Positions 1-16,170 of a stretch of 32,000 nt of DNA are shown piece by piece. The stretch lies in NCBI RefSeq assembly GCF_025145845.1, contig NZ_CP102253.1:996495-1028494 (forward strand), written 5' to 3'. The DNA is from Alistipes shahii WAL 8301. Its GTDB lineage: Bacteria > Bacteroidota > Bacteroidia > Bacteroidales > Rikenellaceae. Position 1 is the first letter of the stretch; each line of letters opens with the position of its first letter. A program made the position numbers and the translations under genes. The notes under the pieces are model-generated. The model ran no database searches, was not told where the DNA came from, and saw only the letters and a list, made by a program, of their open reading frames with translations.

Positions 1-481
1 TTTGTTACAACGACTTAGGAGATTTGGTTACGCCATATTTAATACGATTATTCTAATTGAACTAGAAATGTATAGCAACTAAAGGAAACAAAGATAATCT
101 TATACTATTTAAGATGAATTCCAAAAAATTGCCATTCACTTTTTGGTCCTTCAATCAAATTAATCATATCTACATCCTGTGGTATGCTCGGAAATATTAA
201 TGAAAACTCTAGAATTTCGCCTACACTATTAAAATATTATCTGCTTTGCACCATTTTTACCAACATATTAAATAGATGCGTTGTTTGAATTAAAAGCAAA
301 TTTACACGTATTTTATGGTACACTGACGCAATCATTTCTGTTTGTTAATCGAGGTACAACATCCACTGTCCATATTTGTCGAACAGCTCTAACATCTTCT
401 GCCCAAAGAGTACTTCCGCTTTATCCTTATCCACTTTCTCCTTGTTATAATACAACGCTCCACTGGGCGAGGGGCCCGACC

Positions 482-775
482 TTATATTCGCAACCATTCC
501 TTAGCCTGTTTTGCGGGGTTGAGAATTTCGATGCTTAGGACTTTCAATTCGCGTGTCTGTTGTTCCAACATGGCAATCTGATGCGGGATCGCAATGTTGG
601 AAAAGTGCGCATTGACGACCTTTACAATCTGGTTATAGTTATTGGCCAGTTTCTGAAATTGAAAATAAAACTCGTTGTGTCGAGCGATGAACTGCACTTT
701 CGAAGGGGCGCGTCTGATGATGATGAACTCCTCGGCGAAGATACATTTTACGATAAATCGGCTTCCATAGCCGGA
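482..775 (-). pseudogene. MobC-like mobilization (relaxosome accessory) protein fragment
   Basis: The minus-strand frame is open from 775 to the stop at 482 with no ATG; the listed ORF starts at GTG 695-697. My translation of the in-frame upstream part is YGSRFIVKCIFAEEFIIIRRAPSK. The segment FQFQKLANNYNQIVKVVNAHF resembles the NNLNQ-type helix of MobC / Bacteroides MobA-type proteins. This is recognition from memory only. Confidence 0.35.
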
Positions 776-1255
776 TCAGTTCCGGGGTGTAATATTACAA
801 CCGTCCGGCACGAAAAAAACCGCCGAACGGACTGGAGCGGACATAAAACCCGAATGCATCACAAATAAAATCTTTCACTATCAAAAGATGAAACGCGAGA
901 TTCAAAACCCTCTTTCCTACATTCCTTTTACAAGTCATTCATGGAATCGATATGGCAGGCAGGAACGCCTCCCATCTCCTCTGCATAAAAGAAGTCGTTC
1001 ACGAATGAATACAGTCGTGAATCACCAAAATCACAAATTCATGAACACAAGAATTCTTTAATTTATCGCTTATAAAAAACTCTTAATTATGCACTGCCTT
1101 ATGTCGTCAGAAGAATGGCATCGGAAAATTCCCTTCACAGGTTATTTGCTGGCTATCAGCATAAGTGTTCCGGTCGTGGATTTGGAGAGCGTTCGCAGGG
1201 TAGCGTCCGGGGCGCAGAATATCGTCTTTCTCGCCGGCTGGGAATTGCTTGAATA

Positions 1256-1951
1256 TTAGGTTGCTGCGCGACCTTGAAAACACGGTTGAATTTCTCCGCT
1301 CAATGCCGTCATATCTTGTCCGATCTTGTCGTTGGTGATTTGGGCGTAAATTTGGGTCGTGGTGATATGTTTATGTCCCAGCATCTTCGATACGGTTTCC
1401 AACGGTACGCCCTGCGTGAGCGTGACCGTCGTGGCAAATGTATGCCGGGCCACATGGATCGTCGGATTGAACGGCAACCGGCATGCCTGGTAACATGCCG
1501 TAACGACATATTCAACGTATTATAGGTGCCTTTGAGCGGGAAGGCCCTGTCTCCCGAGAGGTGCATGTCCTTATAACAGTCGTAAATCATTTCAGCAACG
1601 GGGAGAAGTTTGACACGGAACTGTGTACCCGTCTTCTGACGCTTGTCGATGATCCAACGATCCCCGTTGTCGTCTGTATGAATATCTGTATGGGTCAGTT
1701 TCGAAACGTTCGCATAGCTTAAACCTGTAAATGCGCAGAAGACGAAGACATTCGGTTGATGCGTTGGGCTTCGAGGCTTTTGCCGGCTGCTTTATTTGCC
1801 TTGGTATCCCAAAAAGAAGAACGAACGGTGAGTTTGCAGCTGAACTGCGACATCGTACCGTTGATCGTAATACGGCCATGACGGGAATCTGGCCCGATTT
1901 CTCCGACTGCCTTTTTACGTAGAAAAGGACTTTGAACGTGCTGCGTTGCAT
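1256..1951 (-). pseudogene. Tyrosine recombinase (phage-integrase family), inactivated by two frameshifts and an internal deletion
   Basis: The pieces lie in three frames. MQRSTFKVLFYVKRQSEKSGQIPVMA starts at 1951. A shift near 1874 leads into RITINGTMSQFSCKLTVRSSFWDTKANKAAGKSLEAQRIN. A junction near 1750 joins directly to [87 protein letters not shown] shift near 1480 leads into [45 protein letters not shown], which carries the HxxRH...GH...Y catalytic motifs. Confidence 0.85.
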
Positions 1952-2203
1952 AATAACTTGAACTTGTTGGATGGGTTAAACGTTTAGTCAAGTTATTTGG
2001 CATGCGAGAATTCGGCACAACAAGCTGAAAAACAAGCGCTTTAATGCGAAATAAAGCATTTCGGGCAGGTAACGGATAAGTAATACAACTCACCGTTAAA
2101 CCTGCCCGATTCTGCCTTTGAGTGTTTCGGAACCTACGGAAATCAATACATTAAATACCTGTAAACAAAACATTTACACTTTTATGCATTGTACTGCTCC
2201 TAC

Positions 2204-2236
2204 AAAAAGCCGCACCCTTTCGGGAGCGGCTTTTTT
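2204..2236 (-). terminator. Intrinsic (bidirectional-looking) terminator downstream of rpoC
   Basis: Plus strand reads AAAAA GCCGCACCC tttc GGGAGCGGC TTTTTT: a 9-bp GC stem with one mismatch, flanked by A and T tracts, 67 nt past the rpoC stop. Confidence 0.75.
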
Positions 2237-2303
2237 CGATATGTACACGAAGGGCAACTGCCCGGCGACACGTCGTCGCCATAGCCCCCCCCTTCGTCTT
2301 CGG

Positions 2304-6563
<4,260 letters not shown>

Positions 6564-6599
6564 ATTTGTTCTCGTTTTTCTTTTCCTCTAAAATACACC

Positions 6600-10460
<3,861 letters not shown>

Positions 10461-10623
10461 CGTAAAATCCAAATTAGTTGAAGTGTAATGGGTTACGCTC
10501 CCCAAAATGTGCGGGTCATTATCCCGGCAATGCTCCCGTATGAAGGCCTTGCAGGCCCCGGGAGCATCCTATATTCCAAAAACCGGACACAGCTCCTGAT
10601 CGGCACTTCCGGTCTTTAGACCA

Positions 10624-10663
10624 AGAAAAGGCATAGAGCTTACACACCGGTAAGCCCTATACC
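10624..10663 (-). promoter_or_regulatory. Attenuator-like hairpin in the rplL-rpoB spacer
   Basis: Minus strand reads GGTATAGGGCTTAC cggtgt GTAAGCTCTATGCC followed by TTTTCTT: a 14-bp stem with 2 mismatches, 34 nt past the rplL stop. Confidence 0.45.
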
Positions 10664-10696
10664 TGTTCGTCTTCTATTGACGCTTAAGCAGCAATG

Positions 10697-11074
10697 CTAC
10701 TTGAGCTCAACTTCAGCACCTGCTTCCTCGAGCTGGCCTTTGATCTGCTCAGCCTCCTCCTTGGAAACACCCTCCTTAACGGCCTTGGGAGCACCGTCAA
10801 CAAGTGCCTTAGCATCGCCCAGCGAAAGACCTGCGATGTCCTTCACTACCTTGATAACCTGGAGCTTGGCCTGACCTGCAGCCTTCAGGATAACGTCGAA
10901 CGACGTCTTCTCGGCGGCAGCAGCCTCGCCTGCGCCTGCAGCGGGAGCTGCAACGGCAACAGCGGCAGCAGCCGGCTCAATGCCATACTCCTCCTTGAGG
11001 ATCTGTGCGAGTTCGTTTACCTCGGTAACCTTCAGGTTTACCAGTTCTTCAGCAAGTTTCTTTACGTCTGCCAT
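10697..11074 (-). CDS. rplL: 50S ribosomal protein L7/L12
   Basis: 125 aa, starting [31 protein letters not shown]. It has an Ala-rich hinge and the C-terminal domain ...[40 protein letters not shown]. Confidence 0.97.
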   Translation of the reverse strand: MADVKKLAEELVNLKVTEVNELAQILKEEYGIEPAAAAVAVAAPAAGAGEAAAAEKTSFDVILKAAGQAKLQVIKVVKDIAGLSLGDAKALVDGAPKAVKEGVSKEEAEQIKGQLEEAGAEVELK

Positions 11075-11117
11075 AGTTGTAAGCTTATTAATTTGTTTTT
11101 GATTCTTGTTTGTGAAA

Positions 11118-11642
11118 TTAGTTGTTTCTCGATTCGAGCGTCTTCACGAGGCCCGCAATCTTTTGGCCTGCATTAGCCTGCAATGCAGAGATAACATTCT
11201 TGGCCGGGGACTGGAGCAGTGCGACGATGTCGGCGATAAGCTCTTCCTTCGACTTGATGTTACACAGAGCGTCCAGCTGATCGTCACCCACGTAAACGCA
11301 TCCTTCGGCGAAAGCCGCCTTCAGGACGGGCTTCTCCGACTTCTTGCGGAACTCCTTGATCAAAACAGCGGGAGCTTTCGCAACGTTGGTGAACATAATC
11401 GAGGTAGGACCCTCCAATACTTTTACCAGATCAGCATCGGCCTTCTCCACCTTCTCAAGGGCTTTGCCCAAGAGGGTGTTCTTAACGACCACCAGCTTCA
11501 CGTCGCTCTCGAAGCACTTGCGGCGCAGGGCAGCGGTCTGCTCTGCGTTCAGCGACTCGATGTCGGCGATATAGAAGTGAGGATAAGCCTGGAGCTGCTC
11601 GGCAAGGCTGTCAATTACAACCAGTTTTTCTTCCTTAGTCAT
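11118..11642 (-). CDS. rplJ: 50S ribosomal protein L10
   Basis: 174-aa ORF between rplA and rplL in the conserved order. It has an L10-like N-terminus ([17 protein letters not shown]...) and a C-terminal L12-binding helix region. Confidence 0.93.
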   Translation of the reverse strand: MTKEEKLVVIDSLAEQLQAYPHFYIADIESLNAEQTAALRRKCFESDVKLVVVKNTLLGKALEKVEKADADLVKVLEGPTSIMFTNVAKAPAVLIKEFRKKSEKPVLKAAFAEGCVYVGDDQLDALCNIKSKEELIADIVALLQSPAKNVISALQANAGQKIAGLVKTLESRNN

Positions 11643-11659
11643 CTCTTCTCTCCTCCTTC

Positions 11660-12358
11660 TTATTTGGTTTCTACTGATTTGGAATCAATCTGCACGCCGG
11701 GGCTCATGGTGGTCGAGAGATAAATACTCTTCACGTAAGAACCTTTGGCAGCAGCCGGTTTCAGCTTGAGAATCATATTCAGCACCTCTTTCGCGTTGTC
11801 CACGATCTGATCTGCCGAGAACGAAACCTTGCCTACCGTCGTGTGGATGATACCGAATTTGTCGACCTTGAAGTCGATCTTACCGGCTTTCACCTCCTGG
11901 ACGGCCTTGCCGACTTCCATCGTAACCGTACCGGTCTTGGGGTTCGGCATCAGTCCGCGGGGACCCAGAATACGGCCCAGCGCACCGACTTTACCCATCA
12001 CATTGGGAGTACAGATGATCACGTCAACGTCGGTCCAGCCGGCCTTGATCTTGTCAACATACTCGTCCAGACCTACATAGTCCGCGCCTGCAGCCTGTGC
12101 CTCGGCCTCCTTCTCGGGAGTACACAGCACCAGCACGCGCACCGTCTTACCGGTTCCGTGGGGAAGCGTCACCACGCCGCGGACCATCTGGTTCGCCTTG
12201 CGGGGATCGACTCCCAGACGCACGTCGATATCCACCGAAGCGTCGAATTTCGTGAACGTAATTTCCTTCAGAAGAGCGGCAGCCTCCGAGAGCTTGTAAG
12301 CCTTACCGGCTTCCACCTTAGCGTAGGCGATCTTTTGATTTTTTGTCAACTTACTCAT
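11660..12358 (-). CDS. rplA: 50S ribosomal protein L1
   Basis: 232 aa, [32 protein letters not shown]...[34 protein letters not shown], an L1 pattern. It sits 11 nt downstream of rplK. Confidence 0.96.
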   Translation of the reverse strand: MSKLTKNQKIAYAKVEAGKAYKLSEAAALLKEITFTKFDASVDIDVRLGVDPRKANQMVRGVVTLPHGTGKTVRVLVLCTPEKEAEAQAAGADYVGLDEYVDKIKAGWTDVDVIICTPNVMGKVGALGRILGPRGLMPNPKTGTVTMEVGKAVQEVKAGKIDFKVDKFGIIHTTVGKVSFSADQIVDNAKEVLNMILKLKPAAAKGSYVKSIYLSTTMSPGVQIDSKSVETK

Positions 12359-12369
12359 CTTCTTCGCAA

Positions 12370-12810
12370 TTACATATTAGGAAATTCTCCGACGACACTG
12401 ATACCCATACTGCGGGCAGTACCGGCAACCATGCGCATAGCGGATTCCAGCGTGAAGCAGTTCATATCGGGCATTTTGTCCTGCGCGATTTCGCGGATCT
12501 GATCCCACGTCACCTGACCGACCTTGTCGCGGTTGGGCTGCGCGGAACCTTTCTGCACTTTAGCTGCTTCCTTGAGCTGGATAGCTACGGGCGGCTGTTT
12601 TACAACAAAGTCGAACGACTTATCGCTGTAAACCGTGATGATGACCGGAAGAACCTTTCCCGCCTTGTCCTGCGTACGAGCATTGAATTGCTTGCAGAAG
12701 TCCATGATATTGACTCCCTTAGAACCCAATGCGGGACCAACCGGGGGCGAAGGATTGGCGGCACCACCTTTGATCTGCAATTTAATAAATGCAGCAACCT
12801 CTTTTGCCAT
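12370..12810 (-). CDS. rplK: 50S ribosomal protein L11
   Basis: 146 aa. [43 protein letters not shown] is the L11 N-terminal domain. Confidence 0.97.
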   Translation of the reverse strand: MAKEVAAFIKLQIKGGAANPSPPVGPALGSKGVNIMDFCKQFNARTQDKAGKVLPVIITVYSDKSFDFVVKQPPVAIQLKEAAKVQKGSAQPNRDKVGQVTWDQIREIAQDKMPDMNCFTLESAMRMVAGTARSMGISVVGEFPNM

Positions 12811-12826
12811 AGTTTTCCTTGGTTAA

Positions 12827-13387
12827 TTATTCTTTTTCTACTTGGGTGAAACTCAACTCCATAGGAGTTTTGCGCCCGAATATCTTCACCGATACCGTGA
12901 GTTTCTTGCGCTCGTTGTCGACTGCCTCGATAGTACCTTGGAAGCTCGAGAAAGGACCGTCCGTAACCTTGACGGTCTCGCCGACAAAGAAGGGTATTTC
13001 GTTCTCCTCCTCCTGTGCGTTCAGTTCGTCGACGCGGCCGAGAATACGCGCTACCTCCTGCGGACGCAGGGGCGTGGCGTTCATCTTGCGGCTGTCCTCT
13101 TTGGTGTCGCCGAGGAAACCCAGCACGTTGGGGGTATTGCGAATTATAATCGGAATCTGCCCTACGAACGCAGCCTCCACCAGCACGTAGCCCGGATAAG
13201 AGACCTTCTCCTTGGAGACCTTCTTTCCGTTGCGGATGGTATAGACTTTTTCGGTAGGGATCAGCACCTGGGAAATGTAGTCCTCAAGGTGGTTGTGGCG
13301 GATTTCAGCCTCGATATACTCTTTGACCTTCCCCTCCTTGCCACCGATTGCGCGGACGACATACCACTGTTTCTTAATCTCGCTCAT
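12827..13387 (-). CDS. nusG: Transcription termination/antitermination factor NusG
   Basis: 186 aa with an NGN domain (WYVVRAIGGKEGKVKEYIE) and a KOW motif (GETVKVTDGPFSSFQGTIE). It follows the conserved secE-nusG-rplK order. Confidence 0.96.
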   Translation of the reverse strand: MSEIKKQWYVVRAIGGKEGKVKEYIEAEIRHNHLEDYISQVLIPTEKVYTIRNGKKVSKEKVSYPGYVLVEAAFVGQIPIIIRNTPNVLGFLGDTKEDSRKMNATPLRPQEVARILGRVDELNAQEEENEIPFFVGETVKVTDGPFSSFQGTIEAVDNERKKLTVSVKIFGRKTPMELSFTQVEKE

Positions 13388-13401
13388 CGTTCAGCAAACA
13401 A

Positions 13402-13599
13402 TTAACGGCCAAGACCGCCCAGGGTCTTGTAAATGCCTGCCATCACGTTCTCGAACGTCACGTCCATCGCCAGAACGACCACGGCGAAGATGACCGAAGC
13501 CACCATCACGACGATCGTAGAACTCTGGAGCTGCGGAAACGTAGGCCACGTTACCTTGTTTACAAGCTCGTTGTAAGATTCTTTAACGTATTTGAACAT
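13402..13599 (-). CDS. secE: Preprotein translocase subunit SecE
   Basis: The listed ORF (to 13650) overlaps tRNA-Trp, so I trimmed it to the ATG at 13597-13599 (MFKYVKESYNELVNKVTWPT...). It is 65 aa with one TM helix, IVVMVASVIFAVVVLAMDV. The position upstream of nusG is canonical. Confidence 0.85.
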   Translation of the reverse strand: MFKYVKESYNELVNKVTWPTFPQLQSSTIVVMVASVIFAVVVLAMDVTFENVMAGIYKTLGGLGR

Positions 13600-13620
13600 A
13601 TCTTCGTCTTTTACTCTTGG

Positions 13621-13691
13621 CAGGAGCAGAGAGATTCGAACTCCCATCAACGGTTTTGGAGACCGCTATTCTACCCTTGAACTATGCTCCT
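13621..13691 (-). tRNA. tRNA-Trp (anticodon CCA)
   Basis: Minus strand: AGGAGCA TA GTTC AAGGGTA GAAT A GCGGT CTCCAAA ACCGT TGAT GGGAG TTCGAAT CTCTC TGCTCCT G. The cloverleaf folds by hand and no CCA is encoded. Confidence 0.92.
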
Positions 13692-13695
13692 AGGT

Positions 13696-13732
13696 GACAG
13701 AAAGAGTACAGTAACCCGTACTGCTTTCTGTC
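13696..13732 (-). other. Long hairpin 4 nt upstream of the tRNA-Trp 5' end (processing site or U-tract-less tuf terminator)
   Basis: Plus strand reads GACAGAAAGAGTAC agtaaccc GTACTGCTTTCTGTC: 14 bp with one bulged G and no following U tract on the transcribed strand. Confidence 0.4.
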
Positions 13733-13822
13733 TATTATTTCGTCGCCCGAAAACCGCAGGCGACAGTAGTCGGCGTCGCTCGGCCATTCGCAAGCAACCT
13801 TCCGATGGCTCTCGCGCCTGAA

Positions 13823-15010
13823 CTACTTCACGATCTTCAGGATCTGACCTGCACCTACCGTACGGCCACCCTCGCGGATTGCGAAACGCAGACCTTCGTT
13901 GATAGCTACGGGGTAGATCAGCTTCACGGTGATGGTCACGTGGTCGCCCGGCATAACCATGTCGACGCCTGCGGGCAGGTGAACCTCACCCGTTACGTCC
14001 ATCGTACGCAGGTAGAACTGGGGACGATAGTTGTTGTGGAACGGCGTGTGACGGCCACCCTCCTCTTTCTTCAAGATGTAGACCTCGGCCTCGAACTCGG
14101 TGTGCGGAGTGATCGAACCCGGCTTGGCGACTACCATACCGCGCTTAACCTCCTTCTTGTCGATACCGCGGAGCAGCAGACCTACGTTGTCGCCGGCCTC
14201 GCCCTCGTCGAGCAGCTTGCGGAACATCTCGACGCCCGTGCAGGTCGACGTGAGGGTCTTCTCCTCAAGACCTACGATCTCGACGGGATCGCCTACGTGG
14301 ATGACACCGGTTTCGATACGGCCCGTTACGACGGTACCGCGGCCGGTGATCGAGAACACGTCCTCGACAGGCATCAGGAACGGCTTCTCGTTCTCACGCG
14401 GAGGAACGGGGATATATTCGTCAACGGCAGCCATCAGCTCCATGATCTTCTCCTCCCACTTCGGCTCGCCGTTCAGGCCGCCGAGTGCGGAACCGCGGAT
14501 GATGGGAGCGTTGTCGCCATCGTACTCATACTTGGAAAGCAGGTCGCGAACCTCCATCTCGACCAGGTCGAGCATTTCGGGATCGTCCACCATGTCGCAC
14601 TTGTTCAGGAAAACGACGATGCGCGGTACGTTCACCTGACGGGCGAGCAGCACGTGCTCGTTGGTCTGGGGCATCGGACCGTCCGTAGCGGCAACGACCA
14701 GAATGGCGCCGTCCATCTGAGCGGCACCGGTAACCATGTTCTTCACATAGTCGGCGTGGCCCGGGCAGTCTACGTGAGCGTAGTGGCGGTTGGCCGTCTG
14801 GTACTCAACGTGCGAGGTGTTGATCGTGATACCACGCTCTTTCTCCTCGGGAGCGTTGTCGATCGAGTCGAACGAACGGAGTTCCGACAGACCGTTCTTT
14901 GCCAAAACAGTCGTGATAGCAGCGGTAAGGGTGGTCTTACCGTGGTCAACGTGACCGATGGTACCGATGTTTACGTGCGGTTTCGACCGGTCGAATTTTT
15001 CTTTTGCCAT
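13823..15010 (-). CDS. tuf: Elongation factor Tu
   Basis: 395 aa with G-domain motifs [18 protein letters not shown] and NKCD. Confidence 0.99.
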   Translation of the reverse strand: MAKEKFDRSKPHVNIGTIGHVDHGKTTLTAAITTVLAKNGLSELRSFDSIDNAPEEKERGITINTSHVEYQTANRHYAHVDCPGHADYVKNMVTGAAQMDGAILVVAATDGPMPQTNEHVLLARQVNVPRIVVFLNKCDMVDDPEMLDLVEMEVRDLLSKYEYDGDNAPIIRGSALGGLNGEPKWEEKIMELMAAVDEYIPVPPRENEKPFLMPVEDVFSITGRGTVVTGRIETGVIHVGDPVEIVGLEEKTLTSTCTGVEMFRKLLDEGEAGDNVGLLLRGIDKKEVKRGMVVAKPGSITPHTEFEAEVYILKKEEGGRHTPFHNNYRPQFYLRTMDVTGEVHLPAGVDMVMPGDHVTITVKLIYPVAINEGLRFAIREGGRTVGAGQILKIVK

Positions 15011-15140
15011 AGTATTAAGTATTTAAAGTATTGTTAAAAATTGTCCCAAAGTTTTAAAATTCATTTCGCAGAACAAGCGAGCGACACAAACTCCCCATCA
15101 TCGCTGAACGGAGGCGTTCGTATCACACGCTGCTGCGCAT

Positions 15141-15216
15141 TGGAGCGGAAGACGAGGCTCAAACTCGCGACCCTCAGCTTGGAAGGCTGATGCTCTATCA
15201 ACTGAGCTACTTCCGC
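15141..15216 (-). tRNA. tRNA-Gly (anticodon TCC), CCA encoded
   Basis: Minus strand: GCGGAAG TA GCTC AGTTGATA GAGC A TCAGC CTTCCAA GCTGA GGGTC GCGAG TTTGAGC CTCGT CTTCCGC T CCA. Note A19 and T56 (see findings). Confidence 0.88.
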
Positions 15217-15303
15217 AAAAACAGACCGTATCAGAGTTATCCCCTCCCTCACACCGTCTCTCGACGGCGCCGGGCCTGCAACTCCAACCGGCACTCTTTT
15301 TTG

Positions 15304-15386
15304 TGGGAAGTGATGGATTCGAACCACCGAAGGCGTACGCCAGCAGATTTACAGTCTGCCCCATTTGGCCACTCTGGTAACTTCCC
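15304..15386 (-). tRNA. tRNA-Tyr (anticodon GTA), class II long variable arm
   Basis: Minus strand: GGGAAGT TA CCAGAGTGGCCAAATGGGG CAGA CTGTAAA TCTG CTGGCGTACGCCTTC GGTGG TTCGAAT CCATC ACTTCCC A. Confidence 0.9.
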
Positions 15387-15668
15387 TTGTTTTGCTCCTC
15401 TCCCGTGAGGAATTCGCTTCGCTCGTCTTTCCCGGAGGAATTGGCTCGTTTCACTCGGCTGCGCCTCGTTCCACTTCGCCGATCCCGCTTTGGGGAGGCT
15501 TTCGTTCTACCGGCGCCCGGTCGCTGCTTCCGTTACAAAAGTTTCTTCGAAACCTCACATCTGAAAAACCTTGTCTGCGTCAGGCAAGCCTGTGCCGCCA
15601 ATCTTTTTCATCTGTGCCGCTAACGCGGTTTTGTAACTTCATTTCGCTTCCCTCGCGTCGGCTTTCCG

Positions 15669-15742
15669 AGCCGATGGAGGGATTCGAACCCCCGACCAGC
15701 TGATTACAAATCAGCTGCTCTGGCCAACTGAGCTACATCGGC
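15669..15742 (-). tRNA. tRNA-Thr (anticodon TGT)
   Basis: Minus strand: GCCGATG TA GCTC AGTTGGCCA GAGC A GCTGA TTTGTAA TCAGC TGGTC GGGGG TTCGAAT CCCTC CATCGGC T, a canonical cloverleaf. Confidence 0.93.
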
Positions 15743-15763
15743 AGTATTCACCGTTTTGGATTG

Positions 15764-15795
15764 CAAAAGTAGGCATAAAAAATTTATCGCGCAAA
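15764..15795 (-). promoter_or_regulatory. Bacteroidetes-type promoter for the tRNA-tuf operon
   Basis: Minus strand reads TTTG (15792-15795), a 20-nt spacer, then TACTTTTG (15764-15771). This matches the -33 TTTG / -7 TAnnTTTG consensus and lies ~21 nt upstream of the tRNA-Thr 5' end. Confidence 0.6.
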
Positions 15796-15878
15796 TTATT
15801 CGGAATAAATTTTCTACTTTTTCACTCTTCTCAAAGAACCGCGCCCGATCGTCCTGACTTCAGGGGCGAAATCGGGTG

Positions 15879-15909
15879 CAAAGATAGGAAAAGTTTTGGA
15901 TAACGCAAC
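15879..15909 (-). promoter_or_regulatory. Possible second, upstream promoter for the tRNA-tuf operon
   Basis: Minus strand reads GTTG (15906-15909), a 19-nt spacer, then TATCTTTG (15879-15886). The -7 box is perfect and the -33 is a 3/4 match. Confidence 0.4.
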
Positions 15910-16119
15910 AGCTACCGCAAAAAATATTACCTCCCCGGGCCAACTATGTCACCCCGCCACCCGGACGGCGTCCCGGCAGCTCCCGGGCGGCAGGATCCCG
16001 GGCCTTCGACACCTATTTTTATATGCAAACCCGAATGCGCGCTTTTTCCCGATCTTCGGCGCCAAGGGCCTGCCGCCTTTATCGTTCGGCGCGTTTTGCC
16101 GAATCGAGCGCCATCCGGC

Positions 16120-16150
16120 TTTGAAACCGTCCCGCTTTTTCGTATCTTTA
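16120..16150 (+). promoter_or_regulatory. Promoter of the GNAT gene
   Basis: TTTG (16120-16123), a 19-nt spacer, then TATCTTTA (16143-16150), 20 nt upstream of the ATG at 16171. Confidence 0.5.
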
Positions 16151-16170
16151 CCGCTACGAATTCACGCACT

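Larger units (their letters stand above)
1..2200. mobile_element. Decayed remnant of an integrative/mobilizable element (low-GC island); boundaries approximate and left end runs off the window
   Basis: Hand counts of sample lines give ~30% G+C at 1-60 versus >60% in rpoC. The segment contains a tyrosine-integrase wreck (1256-1951) and a MobC-like fragment (482-775), both on the minus strand. It has no long intact ORF. Confidence 0.5.

Noticed and set aside
281-868. Plus-strand ORFs 281-538 and 560-868 in the low-GC island
   Set aside because: They have TTG/GTG-type starts and no recognisable motifs, and they are antisense or adjacent to the Mob-like fragment. The short minus-strand ORFs of 29-32 codons in 1-480 were also too weak to call.
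997-1047. Imperfect inverted repeats (TTCACGA...TCGTGAA and GTTCACGAAT...ATTCATGAAC) that could be an oriT or operator of the decayed element
   Set aside because: They are short and imperfect in AT-rich DNA where such matches arise by chance. No relaxase or nick-site consensus was recognisable.
2285-2292. C8 homopolymer just downstream of the rpoC stop, and a 43-codon ORF (MATTCRRAV...) reading through the rpoC terminator
   Set aside because: The tract is non-coding and outside any ORF, so slippage would have no frame consequence. The small ORF spans the terminator hairpin and has no supporting signal.
13600-13650. N-terminal extension of secE, with similar upstream extensions for rpoB (10461-10505), the GNAT (15946-16170) and AraC (17784-17852)
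   Set aside because: The extensions overlap a tRNA gene or contain the gene's own promoter motifs, and they add sequence with no family resemblance. I preferred the internal ATG starts.
13805-15037. 410-aa plus-strand ORF antisense to tuf
   Set aside because: It is antisense to a gene with perfect EF-Tu G-domain motifs, so it is a compositional artefact.
15011-15140. Expected a fourth tRNA (second tRNA-Thr, as in the E. coli thrU-tyrU-glyT-thrT-tufB arrangement) between tRNA-Gly and tuf
   Set aside because: I found no cloverleaf or T-loop motif on either strand. The segment is just an AT-rich tuf leader.
15098-15703. ORFs 15098-15454 (-), 15190-15408 (+), 15365-15703 (+) and 15387-15623 (+)
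   Set aside because: They run through tRNA-Gly, tRNA-Tyr or tRNA-Thr and the spacers of an RNA operon, so they are not credible as coding.
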